53,564 bases of DNA, taken from the NCBI RefSeq assembly GCF_001194135.2, contig NC_068996.1, positions 23,849,096 to 23,902,659 of the forward strand, in the 5' to 3' direction. The notes beneath the pieces were generated by a model. The model was given only the letters and a program-made list of their open reading frames with translations. It did not search any database and had not been told where the DNA came from. Both the position numbers and the translations under genes were made by a program. Position 1 is the stretch's first letter; each line of letters opens with the position of its first letter. This document shows positions 47,455 to 53,564 of the stretch, piece by piece. The DNA is from Octopus bimaculoides (Eukaryota).

Positions 47455-48345
47455 GATGAAAGGTAAAGTTGACCTTGGTGGGACTTGAACTCTCCAGAAA
47501 GTAAAGAGATGGAAGAAATACAAGAAAACATTTTTTTTTTCACTGTCTTCAATAAACAATCTCTTTACACGAGCACCCCCCCCCCCAACCTTGCCAGTAC
47601 TTTATTTTTCTGATACCTATTAATATATGATCCTAGTGGGGTTTGAACATCATACTGTTGTTCAATAACCTAGTTTACTGTGTGTGGTTTGGGTTTGCTA
47701 TGATGCTTTTTATTCACTGTCTCACTGTGCCATATTATTATCAACAAAAGCATACCACCATCATTACTATAACTGCTTCTATAGCAACTACTGCTATTAC
47801 TACTAACAATGTCTAACTTAGGTACCAGGCTGTATACATTCTGTTTGATAGATGAAGTTGTCTATTTTGATGCTCACACATGCCCTTCTGGTACTGTATT
47901 TTATCAGCCAATGAAAAAAAATGAAAGATGAGGTGACAATTTTGGCAGGATTTGAACTCAGAATGTAAAGAGATGCAACTAAACAACAACAATAAAATTT
48001 TGGCACAAGGCCAGCAATTTTGGGGGAGGGAATAAGTTGACTACATCAACCCCAATATTCAACTGGTACTTATTTTATTGACCCTGGAGGGTTGAAAGGC
48101 AAAGCTGACCTTAAAGGTATTTGAACTCAGCATATAAAGAACCAAGAAAAGTGCCATCAAGCATTATATCCAATGTGGTTATAAATTCTGCCAGCTTCAT
48201 ACCTTAATAATAATGTTGATTTCTGATATAAACACAAGGAGGCAATTTCAAGTTGATAACCAGTTACCTAGGTACTTGGCCAGTACTTTATAATACTGAC
48301 CCTGGAGGAATGAAAAGCAAAGTTTGTTTTGGTGGAATTTGACCC
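47455..48345 (-). mobile_element. Cluster of family-C SINEs
   Basis: Repeated GGATGAAAGG.AAAG.TGACC...ATTTGAACTCAG blocks at ~47455, 47900, 48080 and 48300. Confidence 0.8.
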
Positions 48346-48579
48346 CACAAAGCATTATTTCCCCCCATCACTAGCAATTTTAATGATACACTGATCTTGT
48401 AATAGTAAATAATGATAATAATAATAATTAATCATAATTGTGGCACTAATGATTTTATATATATATAAGTGTACAAAGTAAAAAAGACATCAGCACACCT
48501 GGTTTTTCATGACGAAAAACAGGAGAAAATTTTGGCAGTTAATGAATGTTTTTTTTGTTTATATGTATAAAACACAAAC

Positions 48580-48633
48580 CATATACATTTATTATATATA
48601 TATATACTATATATATATATATATATACATATC

Positions 48634-48669
<36 letters not shown>

Positions 48670-48670
48670 C

Positions 48671-48711
<41 letters not shown>

Positions 48712-49836
48712 TAAAAAATGTGTATAATATATATATGTATGTATACATACAAATGTCTTTCTATATAAATACATACAGGTTTACATATATGCTCTACATA
48801 CGAGAGTGAGCATTTATGTAGATGTATGTGTGTGAGTGTATAGGTGAAAGTGTTTGTATTTCCTTCTTTGCTTCCCATTTTTAACAATCAGCCAAATTAA
48901 TCATAAACAAGACATCTTATGCATAGACAAAAACTGACCAACAGGTGACCACCACAGCTGAAACATAGAACAAAGCTATGAGTCTGATGGAACTGGATTA
49001 TAAAACTTTCCATCTGACAGAAATGCACATCTGTGTGTGTATGTGAGTGAGTGTGCAGATTTGTGTGTGTGTGTGTGTGTGTGTGCGTGCGTGTGCGCGC
49101 ATGTGTGTGTGTGCGTGCATGTATGTGTTTGTGTGTAACTGCATGCATATTTGTCTGGGCATATATGTTCAAAACAAAATGTCTGTGTTTCAATATTTGA
49201 GAGGGAAAGATATATACATATATATTTACATACATATACATACATGCATATATATATATATCTATATGTATGTTTGTATGTATGCATGTACAGAGAGAGA
49301 AAGAAAGAGAGAGAGAGAGACAGAGAAAGAAAGGGACATTGTGTTTTCTTATTTTTCGGGAGATCTTGTGTAACTATCTACAAGCATTAATGCTTACAGT
49401 TGGCTGAACACAAATACAATTTTGCGTATGTGTGTGTGTGTGTGTGTTGTGTGTGTGTAATATATATATATACACACACACATACAGATACATAAACATA
49501 TATATACATGCACATATATACATACACACAGACAAATACATATAATAATATATATGTATGTACACACACATGTATACCACACACACAAACATATATAAAC
49601 ATAGATGTTATATTTAAAAGATACACTCACGTACTATAATATACACATATATACATATATATATATATGTATATATATATATAAACATACACACATATAT
49701 ACACACACACATATATATATATACATACATACATATATGTATACATACATATATATATGTATACATATACATATATATACATATGTATATATACATATAT
49801 ATATTGAAATACATACACACACACACACAGATATAC

Positions 49837-49868
<32 letters not shown>

Positions 49869-50330
49869 NNNNNNNNNNNNNNNNNNNNNNNNNNNNNNNN
49901 NNNNNNNNNNNNNNNNNNNNNNNNNNNNNNNNNNNNNNNNNNNNNNNNNNNNNNNNNNNNNNNNNNNNATATATATACACACATATATATGTATATATAT
50001 ATATACATATATACATACATACATATAAATATATATACATACATATATATATGCACAAACATATTAATAACTTTATATATGTATATATACATACAAACAT
50101 ACATGTGTATATATACATATGTATATGCTTTTATTTACATGAAAACCTAGATTCATATCAATACTAAAATTAGGCAAAGTTAAAAAAAAATGAAGAGAAA
50201 CTGACAGCTGTGTTATATAGAATACATATAATAGTTCTGCAGTGAATAATTGAAGTCTTTGTAAGGCAATCCCTCTAATTGTGATTTTTCTATCATTTCC
50301 ACTTTTACACCATATATATATATCTATATA

Positions 50331-50363
<33 letters not shown>

Positions 50364-50484
50364 ACATGAGTGTGTGCACATATAATGTATGGATGTGTGT
50401 GCATATATATATATATATGCATGCACACACATATATACATACATATATGTTTGTAAATAAAATGTATGGATGTGTGTTTGTGTC

Positions 50485-50517
<33 letters not shown>

Positions 50518-50687
50518 GTATATATACAAATATATGTACATATATATACATGAGTATATATGCATATAATATGCATGTATATTATATATATATGTATATA
50601 TATATACATACACACATATATCTATACACATACATATATACACAAACACATACATACATATACACACACATACATATACACATATAC

Positions 50688-50724
<37 letters not shown>

Positions 50725-50740
50725 CAGACACACATTATAT
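48580..50740. repeat. Extended (TA)n/(CA)n/(ATAC)n microsatellite field
   Basis: Directly visible; source of the many YI/CV/HT pseudo-ORFs. Confidence 0.9.
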
Positions 50741-51247
50741 NNNNNNNNNNATTGACTTTGAACTTTTATATATAAACTCTAACAAAAGTTGCAAAAAAAA
50801 AAAATTCAAAATTCAATGAGGGTTATAACAGACATGATACTGAACTCATAAATGAAGGTGGGTGGGGGTTTAAATTGAAAGGGTAGTAAAAGTAAAAAAA
50901 AAAAGAAAAAAATTGGAAAAAAAGAGAAATAATAAATAAACAAAACGTTACTATGTTTTGTTTTATTACATGGTCTTGCCTTTAAATTTACCTTTCAATG
51001 TCAATTTATATCACAATTTCGTCGCAAGACATTTTTTTTGAAAAGATTTTTCATTTTTTTTTTATGTGTATTTCTTTTTAATCCACTGTGAGAGATTTAG
51101 ATTAAAAAAATTTTTACTGCTCTTTATTGAGTTGTATAGAATATGAGGGTGAAGTAGGTATATGTATGTTTGACAATTAAAGAAAATATAATAAATACAT
51201 ATACAGTTATACACGTGTGATGTGTGTTTGTGTGTATACACGCACAA

Positions 51248-51288
<41 letters not shown>

Positions 51289-51376
51289 GTGAGAATTTAC
51301 AAAAAAGCAAAAGACAAAGATATGTGTGTAAACAACAAACAGATGTATTAGTTTAATGCTTGTGAAGTGAGAAAGA

Positions 51377-51412
51377 CTTTTATGTTTCGAGCCTATGCTC
51401 TTTGACAGAAAG
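51377..51412 (-). ncRNA. Degenerate minimal hammerhead-like motif
   Basis: CTTT-CTGTCAAA-GAGC(ATAG)GCTC-GAAAC-ATA-AAAG: stems I and II and GAAA are retained, but the CUGANGA box and stem III are mutated. Confidence 0.4.
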
Positions 51413-51951
51413 GAACACAGAAATAAACAGGGAGAGAAAAAGGTTTAGTGGCTAGCAGTCTATCATGTATATATATATATATATATACACACACATGCAT
51501 ACATGTATATATAGAAATAGATAGAAGAAATAGAAAGAAAAAAATGAGATGTACAAAGAAAAATAATAAAAAAAGAATAAAGGTGACAAATAAAAATAAC
51601 ATGAAGCATTACCATTATGCCAAGATGAAAAAATTATGAAGAACTTTTTCTTAAATTTATTGTAAACAAACGCAGAGCTCTCAAACAAAAAAAAAATTAA
51701 TAAATAAATAAAATACAACCCCTAGACTTTTTGTGAAATGATTTGTTAAATTTTATCTTAATAACTTTATATATATATTGGGTAAGTAGCATAAGATAGG
51801 TTCTTAGGAATAATTTTTAAAATCATTGTTATGTCGAAGACTGATAAGAATACAAATGAAATTATCTGATTTAGAGATTCTCTAAGTAAGGAGGAAAAAA
51901 AATTTCTAATATGAAAAAACAACAATTATACAATTAATTTGTTTATTACAG

Positions 51952-52007
51952 GTGAAATTATCATCAAAGATGATTTGTCCTACACAGAAACTACAGGAGC
52001 TACTTAA
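51952..52007 (+). CDS. Possible terminal exon (EIIIKDDLSYTETTGAT*)
   Basis: Acceptor aatttgtttattacag with downstream AATAAA motifs; a second frame is also open. Confidence 0.2.
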
Positions 52008-52493
52008 AAAATGTTGCAAGCACTTCTATTGGTGAATAAAATCTATTGCAATGTTGAGGAACTCTTCTGCAGAGATCTCAGGAGCACAAGTGTTTCACCC
52101 CTCAACTTATAAATTCCACCTGTGTGGAATAAAGAGGAGTGAACTAGCCTTCACTTACAGAAGGGTTCCACTATTATTTAGTTAATTAGTTAGGGTTGGC
52201 ACTTGGATTAAACTGATGTGGTTGAAGATAAATTCTGGTATCACCACATCACCCTCAAAAAGAAAATATTACAAAAAAAAAGTTACTTTCTTGTAATTGC
52301 TAGCAATATAACCATGGAATTAAGACTTAAACATAGAATTNNNNNNNNNNNNNNNNNNNNNNNNNNNNNNNNNNNNNNNNNNNNNNNNNNNNNNNNNNNN
52401 NNNNNNNNNNNNNNNNNNNNNNNNNNNNNNNNNNNNNNNNNNNNNNNNNNNNNNNNNNNNNNNNNNNNNNNNNNNNNNNNNNNNNNNNNNNNN

Positions 52494-52533
<40 letters not shown>

Positions 52534-52659
52534 AAGTTGTTAACAAGTATGTATTTTATTATTATTATTGTAATCTTATAAGCACAGTAAGAATTGAAAT
52601 AATCCAATTGGTAAATCATAGAAGAGATATATATCCTACTAAACAATATTTATAAAAAA

Positions 52660-53125
52660 GATTGCTTCCAATTTTGGCACAAGGCCAGCAATTTCTTTAG
52701 GGAAACTAGGTTAGTTGATTGCATTAACCCCATTGCTTAACTGGTACTTTATTTTATCGACCCCAAGGGATGAAAAGCAAAGTTGAACTTGGCAAGATTT
52801 GAACTACCCCAAAGGGCCAGAAGATGTTCTGCTAAGCAATTAGTCCAATGTGTTAATAATTCTTCCAGCTCATCACCTTAAAAAGAAAAAAAAATAATAA
52901 TGATGATAATAATTCAATAAGCACAAGGCCTGAAATTGTGGGGGAGGGTGTCAGTTGATTACACTGATCCCAGTACTGGACTGGTACTTTATTTTAAGAA
53001 CCGCCACAGGGATGAAAGCAAAGCTGATCTTGGTGGGATTCAAACTAAGAACCTAGAAAGCCAAAGAAATGTTGCTAAATATTTTGCCCAATATGTTAAT
53101 GATTCTGCCAGCCCACCATCTTTAA
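52660..53125 (-). mobile_element. Two tandem family-C SINEs
   Basis: Two head-to-tail reverse-complement units separated by a (TAA/TGA)n tail. Confidence 0.8.
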
Positions 53126-53564
53126 AATATTTAAATAATAATAAAGGAACAATCACCAAGAGCAAATGATAGTATGTTTGTCTGAGGACAGCAATGTTCC
53201 TATTTTGCGTGATGCTAATGTTGTTTTGTTTTTTTTTCTTACTTATTTCTAAGTTTAATTTGCATCCAAACGATTTTTCTAGTAACCGCCACATAAAAAA
53301 TAAAAAAAATATAAAATCCATCAATAAGACCAAAATCAACTTTTCATTTTTATAAATTGTACCTGAATATAATAATTTAGATCAGAAATAGTTTTAGAAA
53401 ACCATCAGTTTAGTTCCACGATGCTAAGAATTTCTTCCTACCATTAATTATCGACTGCCATACTTGTTTCAAGAGAAAGAAGAACATTGTATCTCCAGTT
53501 TTATTTAAAGTAAATGGCTTCAAATAAACATAAAAACTCTTAAATCATCCTTTAGTTCCTTCCT

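Overview
Eukaryotic, very AT-rich, repeat-saturated draft-assembly DNA with 12 N-gaps. The microsatellite spectrum and SINE/LINE families look like a coleoid cephalopod, probably Octopus (inference). No complete host gene is recognisable; there are only low-confidence candidate exons (+ strand at 0.3-6.2 kb, - strand micro-exons at 42.4-43.5 kb, + strand near 52 kb). Almost all ORF-track entries are microsatellite or N-gap artefacts, or transposon relics. Mobile content includes RTE LINEs (one near full-length APE+RT pseudogene and many 3' tails), R4/Dong-type RLE LINE pieces, a Tx1/L1 piece, Penelope-like elements (RT and GIY-YIG fragments), an LTR/gag relic, maT/mariner, pogo/Tigger, hAT and piggyBac-type MITEs, and at least four tRNA-derived SINE families. 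The most notable signal is an intact minimal type I hammerhead ribozyme at 20317-20361. It has a palindromic stem III, sits inside a ~135-nt rod-like fold and lies head-to-head with a Penelope GIY-YIG fragment. A decayed hammerhead-like motif and several long inverted repeats or hairpins (15.8, 17.2, 24.0, 37.4 kb) are also present. Family assignments come from motif recognition, not from database searches.
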